Positions 38,193 through 47,530 of a DNA stretch of 64,000 nucleotides are shown here, piece by piece. The notes beneath the pieces are model-generated. The model did no database searches, was not told the DNA's origin, and worked only from the letters and a program-made list of their open reading frames with translations. Both the position numbers and the translations under genes were made by a program. Source of the stretch: Candidatus Heimdallarchaeota archaeon (GTDB lineage: Archaea; Asgardarchaeota; Heimdallarchaeia; Heimdallarchaeales; Heimdallarchaeaceae); contig JAUVXV010000010.1 of the NCBI GenBank assembly GCA_030603365.1, positions 1 through 64,000 of the forward strand. The letters run 5' to 3'. The stretch's first letter is position 1. The number at the start of each line of letters is the position of its first letter.

Positions 38193-40601
38193 TCACGTTA
38201 TTTCCATTTTCAGTAACTGATTAGCTAATTCCCGTTGCGCACAGAGGACGACTTTTTCTTCATTATGAAGTGTTCTTTCCTTCAGTACTTCTTTCAATAA
38301 ATCTTCTAGAGAAGATGATTTTTCCCCAAGTATTGCTTGTTCTATCTCATGTCTGGAGTATCTCTTAATCAGTAGAGAACAAGCATTTCTTGCATTTTTT
38401 CTTATTATTGAGCATTCTTTCTCGTTTTTACTCAACGAACAATAGGTTATACAGACATCATCAGGTTTGAACTTGTGATTAAGAAACGAACTGTTTTGTT
38501 CCTTTGGTTTTTGCCTTTCAGCATTTGTTTTTTTCTCTTTTTGGTAGTTCTTTTTTGAAGTCTGGTTCGACTGAGTAAGTTTGTCGTGAAGAGTTGTTCT
38601 CATTTCTATAAAACTACTAAACAAGAGAGGATAGAGTGAAGAAGAGTATTTTCTTTTAAGAAACAATAGATAGGTCTGATAATCCAAGGGTTTGCAGTTG
38701 AATTCCTTTGTAATTATCTCCAAAGCCTTATTTTCTCCATCTTTCCAGATAAAACAATGACGAATAGGTAGTTGTTGGAGTCGTTCATAATGAAACTCAT
38801 GTAAGTTGAGAGCTTTAGCTAGTTTCTCTGTTTCTTGACCTGAACGAAAAACAATCTTTGTAGAAGAATTAGCATGAACAATATTACTTACATTATGCCA
38901 CATTTGGGTACAGAAGATATGACCAATACCTAAGCTTCTACCTAGCAGAATGTTATTTTCAGCTGTGATCAAAGAAGCCGAACTCTGTGTTCGATAAATT
39001 TTTGGGATAATATTAATCGCTTCTTCTAAAACTAGAACGTAACGAAGCTTATTGGTGAGATCTTTTGCGGCAGCAAACCTATAGAAGAGTTTCAGAATCA
39101 AGTTACAGACAAGATAAATGTCTGAAGGTCTTGCTGCTCTTCGCTGGAATTGGCTGAGATCTAGGATAATAGTCTTCCCTTGATCCATTACATCAAAATT
39201 CAACGTTGTTTGAGACACTCCTAAGATTTCAAAATTACTAGGGTTAAAAATGAAATTCAGTCTATTTAACACAGCATCTAGCGTGTTCTGGATAGTAGTA
39301 ACTCGTTTATTTTTCTTAGCCAAAGTAATAAGGTGCTCTGCAAAAACCTCTAATGTCCTCTTTTCTTCTTTGTGAGTGAGAAAAAGAGCTGTTTCAAAAA
39401 GGTTCTTCATAGATGGACTAAAATTCTGATCAGTAGAAGCAATCATTTCTTCAATAACTAGAAGTGTTCCTCTAACGTCATCCTCATCTTCGGTGTCAAA
39501 GAGATTAACGCAAAGAGGATGTGGACTACCGATAGTAAAGATTTCCACATTGGGTTCTGTAGCAAAAGTCATTGCATATTCTCCTTTAATATCAAAAACC
39601 AAACTTGGCACATTACTATGGATAAGGCTTTGGAGAATACCGCTGACAAATCTTGTCTTCCCTCTCCCTATCATTCCATAGATTTCAACGTTGTAGAGCA
39701 GTTCACCTATACTGATAGAGATTTCATCATCAAGTAATTCATTTATGTATTCGTATCCAAGAAGGATAGATTCTCCTTGCTTGAACACTGTTCTTGGTTT
39801 AGATAGAACAGCTGTAGTTATCTCTTTATAATCTAAAGGAATGTGGAAATACTTTGGTACATCATCAAGTAAAACTATTTCATACTCTTGAACTGAAGAT
39901 GTATTCTGCTTCTTTGACATATTTGTTGCGTTCAAGAATTTCCTGATTGAGAAGTTATCATCAGATAAAGCTGAGAATCTAACGTAAAATTCACCATTAA
40001 TATGTTTCAAGTTTTGAACACTAATCATTAAACTAACATCAGGACAACGTTCAAGAGCTATAGTCTTGTACATCATGTCCATTACATCTATCTCTGTATC
40101 GACCAAAGCAGAGTAATCTAGAGGTATTCTCTTTTTCTTCTTTCTTAGAAAACGAAGAAGAAGTTTAGATTGTTTAGAATTAAGGATATTGAAGTGGCCT
40201 TCATAGTTTGTAGAAAGAGCGTTGGTAACAAGTAGTAATTCTTTTTCTAATTTTTGTAAAATCCTCTTCTTGGAGAAGCCTTGTTTAGAAAGAAGGATGT
40301 AAAGACTCGTTCTCGACTGATATTTGGAGATTACTATCTGGATTTTTTCAACATTCAAAGCAACTAAAGTACTAAAACTGGTATGAATTCCTTCTACTTC
40401 TTCTGAATTGAGTTTAATATTGCAATTAATATGTTTGATAAGTAAAACTACCTTACATCTGTAAAATGGTAGAAGGATTTTTCTCTGTAAAAAAAACTCA
40501 TTGTTTCTGGTTCTGATATAAGGAAACGAAAGAACAAGCAAAAGAATGACAAAAATAGAACTGAACAAGAAAGTTAACAATACTATATCCATAGCTATCA
40601 C
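38193..40601 (-). CDS. HerA/FtsK/VirB4-like P-loop ATPase with N-terminal TM helix
   Basis: Walker A GMIGRGKT, FDIKGEY, Walker B VLEEA and GRSLG...TQ motifs. Confidence 0.85.
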   Translation of the reverse strand: MIAMDIVLLTFLFSSIFVILLLVLSFPYIRTRNNEFFLQRKILLPFYRCKVVLLIKHINCNIKLNSEEVEGIHTSFSTLVALNVEKIQIVISKYQSRTSLYILLSKQGFSKKRILQKLEKELLLVTNALSTNYEGHFNILNSKQSKLLLRFLRKKKKRIPLDYSALVDTEIDVMDMMYKTIALERCPDVSLMISVQNLKHINGEFYVRFSALSDDNFSIRKFLNATNMSKKQNTSSVQEYEIVLLDDVPKYFHIPLDYKEITTAVLSKPRTVFKQGESILLGYEYINELLDDEISISIGELLYNVEIYGMIGRGKTRFVSGILQSLIHSNVPSLVFDIKGEYAMTFATEPNVEIFTIGSPHPLCVNLFDTEDEDDVRGTLLVIEEMIASTDQNFSPSMKNLFETALFLTHKEEKRTLEVFAEHLITLAKKNKRVTTIQNTLDAVLNRLNFIFNPSNFEILGVSQTTLNFDVMDQGKTIILDLSQFQRRAARPSDIYLVCNLILKLFYRFAAAKDLTNKLRYVLVLEEAINIIPKIYRTQSSASLITAENNILLGRSLGIGHIFCTQMWHNVSNIVHANSSTKIVFRSGQETEKLAKALNLHEFHYERLQQLPIRHCFIWKDGENKALEIITKEFNCKPLDYQTYLLFLKRKYSSSLYPLLFSSFIEMRTTLHDKLTQSNQTSKKNYQKEKKTNAERQKPKEQNSSFLNHKFKPDDVCITYCSLSKNEKECSIIRKNARNACSLLIKRYSRHEIEQAILGEKSSSLEDLLKEVLKERTLHNEEKVVLCAQRELANQLLKMEIT

Positions 40602-40695
40602 TCGTGCTTTATATAAAGTTTAAACTCACAGAATAAACAAAAAAACCATATAAAAACACATCAAAGTATTAGCAAAAACCTCAGAAATAGACAAA

Positions 40696-41697
40696 TCATT
40701 TTCCATATCTAAATTGTGTAATTTCCTCAATAATGGCCAAATACTTAATACATGATTGACTAATTTCCATAAACAGAAATGCTAAGTGTATATCTTTTAA
40801 AACAGTATTCAAGATATTCGTAAATGCTTTCTTCATCTCCGAACTTGGCTCTGTCCTTTTTTTCTTATCTTTATTATCAGAGAAATCAAATTTCACAATA
40901 GAATCGATTATGTAATCTTTTTTCTCCTTTGCTTTTTTGTATTGTTTTCGAAATTTACTTCTTAGTTTTTCCAATTTTGGCAAAGGATTCGCATGTGCTA
41001 TAGAGTTTCGTGTTTCTAAAAATAGGTCAAAGGCAGCTTTATCATTTATGCCTTTATAATCAAAGTAAAAACCATCTATTTGTTCAGGTAACTTATCACC
41101 CATCACTTTAAGTAGGAATTTTGTTTTGTCTTTTATTCCACCTTTTTTGGGATATCCATCTAGCTTCTCTCTTTCTTCAAGAGGAATCTTCTTCTTGAGA
41201 AGTTTCTCAAAGTATTCATCAAGATAAACATCAATATAGGCATATAAAGCAAGAATATAATATGCAGAACAACGTTGAACAATTTTCAACTCTTGCATTC
41301 CTTTTTTGGATAATACATCTTCATTCTTCTTATCTTCTGCTGAACCAAATACAGGGAAAATATGTGGTCTCAGAGTCAAGATTGCTTCAGTAATCTCATG
41401 ATTTTCTTTTTCAGTATCATTTTTAAGAAACATCTCAGTCCCCTCATCTATCAGCTTGTTGTAATAGGGCTCAAGTTTTGGTCTCTTGTTTACTATTGAT
41501 ACAAGTAGTATGATTGCTTCTGTAAAAATCGTAAGATCAGCACATTTGCTTTCAAGTTTCTTTCCAAATTTAGATTCTAGTACTTTATCCAAAAGCGTGA
41601 AACCAAAGTATTTTGATTTGTTAGTTAACTCCTCTGTTTCAATAAGCGCTAATTTCTGACTGATAATACAATGAACATCGTCTTGTGATAAGTCCAT
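40696..41697 (-). CDS. HEPN-domain protein (putative RNase)
   Basis: LYAYIDVYL helix plus ETRNSIAH (Rx4H). Confidence 0.6.
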   Translation of the reverse strand: MDLSQDDVHCIISQKLALIETEELTNKSKYFGFTLLDKVLESKFGKKLESKCADLTIFTEAIILLVSIVNKRPKLEPYYNKLIDEGTEMFLKNDTEKENHEITEAILTLRPHIFPVFGSAEDKKNEDVLSKKGMQELKIVQRCSAYYILALYAYIDVYLDEYFEKLLKKKIPLEEREKLDGYPKKGGIKDKTKFLLKVMGDKLPEQIDGFYFDYKGINDKAAFDLFLETRNSIAHANPLPKLEKLRSKFRKQYKKAKEKKDYIIDSIVKFDFSDNKDKKKRTEPSSEMKKAFTNILNTVLKDIHLAFLFMEISQSCIKYLAIIEEITQFRYGK

Positions 41698-41797
41698 ATG
41701 ATAGAAGGCACTTAAAGAGATATAATTGTGTCTATATCAAGGTAAATTAGCACTTATTTGGAGTTCATACTTGAATATGAAAACTGAATTTGCTAGT

Positions 41798-42499
41798 TCA
41801 TTTATTGATAAACATTATTTCCTCATTTGAATACCGTTTCTCTAGCCTATTTCTATATTCCCTAAACAAGTCTCTTGTTTCTAATTGGCAGATTACGATA
41901 ATAATTCGTCCATAAAGCTCAATATTTCTGTCCACTTGACCACTTAACCTATCAAAATCTTCTCGTTTAGGATTCTTCTTAAGTTCAATTGGGATAGAGT
42001 CATTAACTAAGATGTCTACTTGTGTTGGTCCTGCTTCATCTTTAACATTGAATCCATACTTAAGTTCTAATAATGATCTTAGTTCTGTTTGATATCCTTC
42101 TTCTGTTTTATACCTACGAGCAGGTATCCACTTTTGAATTATTATCTCTAAAGGTATTGTTTCTTCTTCGATTACTTCTTGCTCTTTCTCAACGAGTTTC
42201 TCCTCTGTTTTTTCTAATTCTTTTAGAGTTTGCTTTATATTTAGTTTTAAATCATCTACTATTCTATTCCAGAGTGTGTCTTTTGAACCAGAAATAGGTA
42301 AATCAAGCTCCCAACACAAATCAGACAGATGATGCTTGTAAAAATATGCTGTTAAATCATCAAGCTCGAAGTCCTTACAGGAAAGGATACGAAGGATAAT
42401 ATCCTCTTTCTTACCAGATTTATCTAAACCTAAATTTTTTGCTAAATCTTGTACTTCTTCTTTGTAGAGATGTTTCTTCATAAAATCAAAGACATTCAT
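41798..42499 (-). CDS. Tandem SAP-like DNA-binding repeats fused to a PD-(D/E)xK nuclease
   Basis: Two K..L..L...LxL..SG.K..L..RI repeats; E..YQ.EL...VDILV...IPIELK...GQ. Confidence 0.72.
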   Translation of the reverse strand: MNVFDFMKKHLYKEEVQDLAKNLGLDKSGKKEDIILRILSCKDFELDDLTAYFYKHHLSDLCWELDLPISGSKDTLWNRIVDDLKLNIKQTLKELEKTEEKLVEKEQEVIEEETIPLEIIIQKWIPARRYKTEEGYQTELRSLLELKYGFNVKDEAGPTQVDILVNDSIPIELKKNPKREDFDRLSGQVDRNIELYGRIIIVICQLETRDLFREYRNRLEKRYSNEEIMFINK

Positions 42500-42616
42500 A
42501 GTAAACCAAGAATATCTTAAGAAAGCAAAGTATTAGTATTTTTCGACAGAATTTAGAGGGGATATTGACTGAGTTTTATCAACATGCTTTAAGAACTCAA
42601 ATGTAGTATTATCGGA

Positions 42617-44206
42617 TTGAAGAGTCTGTTTCTCATGTCTGAAAAAAAGCCTAAATCTAAATCTATTTCAGATTTTCCTGAACTAGTTAAGGAATGGCAT
42701 CCTACAAAAAACGGGGATTTGAAACCTGAGAGCGTTTCTTTTGGTTCTAAAGAAGACATATGGTGGAAATGTCTAGAAGGACCAGATCATGAGTGGTTAA
42801 CTAAACCCAATTATAGAACTGGCGGAAAAAAAATAACAGGATGTCCTTTTTGTGCAGGAAAAAAAGTTTCTGTGACTAACTCTTTGGCTATTAATTTTCC
42901 AGAAATAGCTAAAGAGTGGCATCCAACAAAAAACTTAGGGAAAACCCCAGATGAAGTTCTAATGAAATCAAGTAAAGAAATTTGGTGGCAATGTAGAGTT
43001 AACTCTAAGCATAATTGGGTAGCAAAAGTAAATGACAGAACTGGAGTGAATAAATCAGGATGTCCTTATTGTTCTGGAAGATTGGTTTTGGAAGAAGATT
43101 CTTTAGCTGAATTATATCCAGAAATTATCAAAGAATGGCATCCAACAAAAAATACAAATCTAAATCCAAATGAATTATCCCCAGGTTCAAAGAAAAAGGC
43201 TTATTGGATATGCGATAAAGGACCAGATCATATTTGGAAGGCAGTGATAGACAGCAGAATAAGAGGGAATAGGAAATGCCCCTATTGTGCAAATAAAAAG
43301 GTGTCAGTGACGAATTCATTAGCCACTAAATTTCCAGAAATAGCCAAGGAATGGCATCCTACTATGAATAGAGATCTAACACCAAATAAAGTTGTACCAG
43401 GATCTGATAAATTAATCTGGTGGCAATGTTCTCAAAACTCTGAACATATTTGGGACACCAAAATTCATGAAAGAACTGGATCTAAAAAAACAGGATGTCC
43501 GATATGCTCACATAGAAGATTATCTCCTTATAACTCTCTGAGAACACTCTATCCAGAAATAGCTAAAGAGTGGCATCCAACAAAAAATTCTGGACTAACT
43601 TCAGAGATGGTGATAGGAGGTTCTCACAGAGAGGTATGGTGGAAATGCTCAAAAAATTCTGATCATACATGGATAGCTAAGATAAATAATCGGGTTCATA
43701 ACAAAAGTGGATGTCCATTTTGTAACTTATCTGGTGGTTTGGAAATAATAGGATATTTATGGGAAAGAATATGTCACAGAATTGCCAGATACTTATTGGA
43801 AGGGAAGAAATGGAAATGGCAACCGAAAATTGATACTCCAGAAATAGATGAAAGAAATTGGATATTTCCTGAGATACTTATAGAAAATCTTGATGGAACT
43901 TTAGAAATTATAGAAATAAAAAAATCGCCCTCGGCAATAACAAACAAAGACACATCCATTTATCCACTATATGCGGCTGAAGTAAAATTTTGGTGTCTAT
44001 CTGTTGAATTTTCTGATAATTCGGACTTAGCTGAGAGTTTTGAATTTATCTCAAGCAACGAGTTAGTTCAGCAATTAAAAAACAAGATTAATGAGGAAAA
44101 TAAGAAGGGGATTTATAGGATAATTAAAGATATTGAAAGACTTAAAGATGGAAAATTTTCATCTCAACAAAAACTTCTTACAGATTTTATTTCTATAGAT
44201 GATTAA
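42617..44206 (+). CDS. Zinc-ribbon (DUF4379-like) five-repeat protein with a probable C-terminal PD-(D/E)xK-like domain
   Basis: Five EWHPTxN...WW.C....H.W......R....GCP.C units; C-terminal FPEI...IIEIKKS. The start is likely ATG 42635. Confidence 0.8.
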   Translation: MKSLFLMSEKKPKSKSISDFPELVKEWHPTKNGDLKPESVSFGSKEDIWWKCLEGPDHEWLTKPNYRTGGKKITGCPFCAGKKVSVTNSLAINFPEIAKEWHPTKNLGKTPDEVLMKSSKEIWWQCRVNSKHNWVAKVNDRTGVNKSGCPYCSGRLVLEEDSLAELYPEIIKEWHPTKNTNLNPNELSPGSKKKAYWICDKGPDHIWKAVIDSRIRGNRKCPYCANKKVSVTNSLATKFPEIAKEWHPTMNRDLTPNKVVPGSDKLIWWQCSQNSEHIWDTKIHERTGSKKTGCPICSHRRLSPYNSLRTLYPEIAKEWHPTKNSGLTSEMVIGGSHREVWWKCSKNSDHTWIAKINNRVHNKSGCPFCNLSGGLEIIGYLWERICHRIARYLLEGKKWKWQPKIDTPEIDERNWIFPEILIENLDGTLEIIEIKKSPSAITNKDTSIYPLYAAEVKFWCLSVEFSDNSDLAESFEFISSNELVQQLKNKINEENKKGIYRIIKDIERLKDGKFSSQQKLLTDFISIDD

Positions 44207-44332
44207 TATTTGGAAGTTTACTCATTTAGTAGTCAGAAAAAGCTAAAAAAGAACTAAAAATGAAGGAGTTCGAATTAAATTCTAGATTTAAGCAGTCTCT
44301 GATAAACACAAATAATACTAACTTTCATAACA

Positions 44333-44340
44333 TTTTTAAG
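44333..44340 (+). promoter_or_regulatory. TATA-like box supplied by the island end for the radical SAM gene
   Basis: TTTTTAAG lies ~26 nt upstream of ATG 44367, the spacing expected for a leaderless archaeal transcript. Confidence 0.45.
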
Positions 44341-44366
44341 AAGACAATGATTTCTTGAAATGACTG

Positions 44367-45311
44367 ATGATGAAGATCTTGGGGAAGTATGGTAAAGACG
44401 ATTTAGCTATACTTTATATCGCGAAACATGATGGCAAAATAGTAGAATTTGTCGAAAGTTTACAACCCCCTATTCCCCGAGAGAAAAAGTGGGTTCTGAT
44501 AATATCTACAATGTATGGATGCCCAGTAGGATGTCTAATGTGTGATGCAGGAGAATACTATCATGGGAATGTCTCCGCAGATGGGATGCTAAAGGAAATT
44601 GATTTTATGATTAAAAACCGCTTTCCTGATGGTAAAATTCCTATAAACAAATTCAAAATCCAATTTGCCCGTATGGGAGAACCAACCCTTAATGAACATG
44701 TTCTAGAGGTTATTAAAACCCTACCTGAGAGATATGAAGCAGCAGGTTTGATGCCTTGTATTAGTACAGTAGCTCCTAATGGTTGTGAAAAGTTTCTAGA
44801 TGAACTAATAAAGATTAAAGATGAGCTCTTTTCAGATGGTAATTTTCAGATACAGTTCTCCATCCATTCAACTGATGATAATGAAAGACACAAGTGGATG
44901 ACTAAGAATATTTGGTCTTTAAAGAAAATTGCGGAATTCGGAAACAGGTGGTTTAAAGAGGGAGATAGGAAAGTGACGCTCAATTTTGCAGTAGCAGAGG
45001 ATTCCAAAATAGATCCAAAAGTAGTTAAAGAACTTTTTAACCCAAAAAAATACTGGATCAAATTAACTCCTATTAACCCAACCAATAAAGCTGTTAATAA
45101 TAAGATTCAAAGTGGAATTACTGAAGACAACACTGAATACTTTCCACTAGTACAAGAATTTCGTAATCTGGGATTTGATGCAGCTATTAGTATTGGTGAA
45201 TGGGAGGAAAATGATATTGGAACTAATTGTGGTCAATTTGCAACACAATACAAAGATGGCAAGGTTGGAATCAAGGATAGCTATACTACCACAAATTACA
45301 CTATGGATTAG
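44367..45311 (+). CDS. Radical SAM enzyme, RlmN/Cfr-like
   Basis: CPVGCLMC (CxxxCxxC), RMGEP, QFSIHS and C-terminal CGQ motifs. Confidence 0.85.
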   Translation: MMKILGKYGKDDLAILYIAKHDGKIVEFVESLQPPIPREKKWVLIISTMYGCPVGCLMCDAGEYYHGNVSADGMLKEIDFMIKNRFPDGKIPINKFKIQFARMGEPTLNEHVLEVIKTLPERYEAAGLMPCISTVAPNGCEKFLDELIKIKDELFSDGNFQIQFSIHSTDDNERHKWMTKNIWSLKKIAEFGNRWFKEGDRKVTLNFAVAEDSKIDPKVVKELFNPKKYWIKLTPINPTNKAVNNKIQSGITEDNTEYFPLVQEFRNLGFDAAISIGEWEENDIGTNCGQFATQYKDGKVGIKDSYTTTNYTMD

Positions 45312-45371
45312 TTAAAGACGATTTTCTTAAAATCCAAAATAAGTTTTTTTAAAAAAGAAAAATTGTAAGGA

Positions 45372-47459
45372 TCATTCCTTAACTAATCCCATTTTATCTA
45401 AGACATTTGCATAGATGAAGGCAGTTTCTTTCAGATATTCATATCTTCCAGATGCTCCATGATGTCCTGCGCCCATATTGGTTTTCAATAGAAGTTCGTT
45501 TCCATCAGTTTTTAGAACTCTTAATTTTGCAACGAATTTTGCAGGTTCCCAAAATGCTACTCTAGGATCATTCAATCCTGTTGTTACTAGCATGTGCGGA
45601 TAATCTATTGCTTGAACATTATCATAAGGTGAATAGGACAACATATACTCGAAATTCTCTTTATCTTTAGGGTCACCCCATTCTTTCCACTCTTGTGCAG
45701 TCAATGGGATGCTAGCATCTAGCATTGTATTGATAACATCCACAAATGGCACTCTCGCAACAACATAACGAAACAGATTGGGTTCTATTGTAACAGCTGC
45801 GCCAACAAGTAAACCGCCAGCACTTCCCCCAGCTATCGTCAGTTTGTCTTTTGTGGTCATATTTTCTTCTATTAAGTACTTTGCACTGTCTATAAAATCA
45901 TAGAATGTATTTTTCTTTTTCAGAAGTTTTCCATCTTCATACCATGGTCTCCCAAGTTCTCCCCCTCCTCTAATATGTGCTATAACATAAATGATACCTC
46001 TATCTGTTAAACTCAAAATAGATGATGAGAAGTATGGATCCATGTTAACCCCATAAGAACCATATCCGTAGAGATATGTTGGAGCTGGAGTACTGATGTC
46101 TTTACGATGGACAATAGAAATTGGAACTTTTGCACCATCTCTAGCTGTGATGAATCTTCTTTCAGTTACATATTCTTCCTTTTTATAGTTCTTTACTTCC
46201 TCTTGCTTCTTTAGCTCTAATTCCTTTGTCGAAACATCATAGTCATAAGTTGACATAGGAGTAATAAGGGAAGTATAACCAAGTCTTACAAAATCACTTG
46301 AATATTCATGGTTAGGTCCAGACCAAACTCCATAAACAGATTCTGGTAATTCAATTGTGTGGTTTCTTTCATCTCCCTTTTCATAGAAAATATCTACTTT
46401 TGGTAAACCTTCTTCTCGTTTATAGATAACTAGAAAATTCTCAAAAGCTTCTGTCCATTGAAGTCGTACATCTCCATCATGTGGCAAAATTTCTTCCCAG
46501 TTATCGTTAGCAATATTTTCAATGGGTGTTCGTAATAGTTTGAAATTTATTGAATCATCTGAATTAGTGACAATATAGAAATACCCATCTTTGTGTGTAA
46601 TGAAATATTCATGTACCTCTTCCCTAGGATAAAAAATTTCAAATTCACCTAGGGGTCTATTTAAATCTATGAAATGTATTTCAGAACTTAAAGTAGATTC
46701 CGAATTCATAAAGAGAAATTTGTGATCCTTACTTTTCCAAACTGATACTCTTCGCTCTATATCTTTTTCTTCGAAGATTATTGTATCTCGCTCAGATGGG
46801 TTACCTATGATGTGTCTCTTTAGCATATATGGTCTTTGAGCTTCATCTCTTATGTTGTAAAAAATAACAGTATCATCAGCCCATTCAAAGTTCCAACCAA
46901 TATTTTCAATTCCAGGTGCATAGGTTTCCCCAGTTTCCAAATCTTTTATTTGCATTATGAATTTCTCGTACCCTGTATTATCTATTGAATAAGCTAAGAG
47001 ATTTTGGTTAGGGCTTATCTTGAAAGTTCGAAGTTTGTAATACTCGTAATCTTTTGCCAATTCGTTTATGTCAAGGAGGATTTCTTCTTCAGCATCTAGA
47101 CTTAAGTGTTTTCGACAATAGATTTTGTATTCCTTACCTTTCACATCTCTGTTGTAGTAAAAGTAGTCCTTGTATTTGTAAGGAACGCTTTCATCATCTT
47201 CTTTAATTCGATTTTTCATCTCAATAAAGAGTTCATCAGTGAAAGCATCAAGATGTTTTGTTTTTACTTTAGTATGATCATTTTCAGCTGTTAAATAATC
47301 AATAACCTCTTGATTTTCCTTAAACCGTAACCAAAAGTAGTCATCCTTTAACTCATGACCATGAATTTCAGTAATTTTTGGCTCTTTTTTGGCTATAGGA
47401 GGTTTACTTTGTTCACTCATATTTCTAGAACTATGAAAGTTACTTAAAAGAATTGTCAA
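45372..47459 (-). CDS. ptrB: Oligopeptidase B (S9A prolyl oligopeptidase family)
   Basis: D.Y.WLR, YGYGSYG, HIRGGGELG, GGSAGG, DPRV and GH motifs. The start is likely ATG 47420. Confidence 0.92.
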   Translation of the reverse strand: MTILLSNFHSSRNMSEQSKPPIAKKEPKITEIHGHELKDDYFWLRFKENQEVIDYLTAENDHTKVKTKHLDAFTDELFIEMKNRIKEDDESVPYKYKDYFYYNRDVKGKEYKIYCRKHLSLDAEEEILLDINELAKDYEYYKLRTFKISPNQNLLAYSIDNTGYEKFIMQIKDLETGETYAPGIENIGWNFEWADDTVIFYNIRDEAQRPYMLKRHIIGNPSERDTIIFEEKDIERRVSVWKSKDHKFLFMNSESTLSSEIHFIDLNRPLGEFEIFYPREEVHEYFITHKDGYFYIVTNSDDSINFKLLRTPIENIANDNWEEILPHDGDVRLQWTEAFENFLVIYKREEGLPKVDIFYEKGDERNHTIELPESVYGVWSGPNHEYSSDFVRLGYTSLITPMSTYDYDVSTKELELKKQEEVKNYKKEEYVTERRFITARDGAKVPISIVHRKDISTPAPTYLYGYGSYGVNMDPYFSSSILSLTDRGIIYVIAHIRGGGELGRPWYEDGKLLKKKNTFYDFIDSAKYLIEENMTTKDKLTIAGGSAGGLLVGAAVTIEPNLFRYVVARVPFVDVINTMLDASIPLTAQEWKEWGDPKDKENFEYMLSYSPYDNVQAIDYPHMLVTTGLNDPRVAFWEPAKFVAKLRVLKTDGNELLLKTNMGAGHHGASGRYEYLKETAFIYANVLDKMGLVKE

Positions 47460-47530
47460 GAATTAAAAAAAGAGAGTTCTGAGATATTAGTAAAAGGTTT
47501 TACTTTTTTTTCTTGGAAAAGTTAAAAAAA

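Larger units (their letters stand above)
29290..44387. mobile_element. ~15 kb TnpB-bearing cargo island inserted at the oxidoreductase / radical-SAM gene junction
   Basis: Bounded by TATGGTAA direct repeats (29282-29289 and 44388-44395) that sit inside diverged copies of the same 23-nt junction. Content is nuclease and defence-like. No integrase or transposase recognised. Confidence 0.7.

Noticed and set aside
42899-43587. ~35-bp direct repeats (CCAGAAATAGCTAAAGAGTGGCATCCAACAAAAAA)
   Set aside because: Explained by the repeated PEIAKEWHPTKN zinc-ribbon protein units.
33382-44206. Provirus or conjugative element
   Set aside because: No recognisable capsid, terminase, integrase, relaxase or replication protein. 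One HerA/VirB4-like ATPase alone is insufficient.
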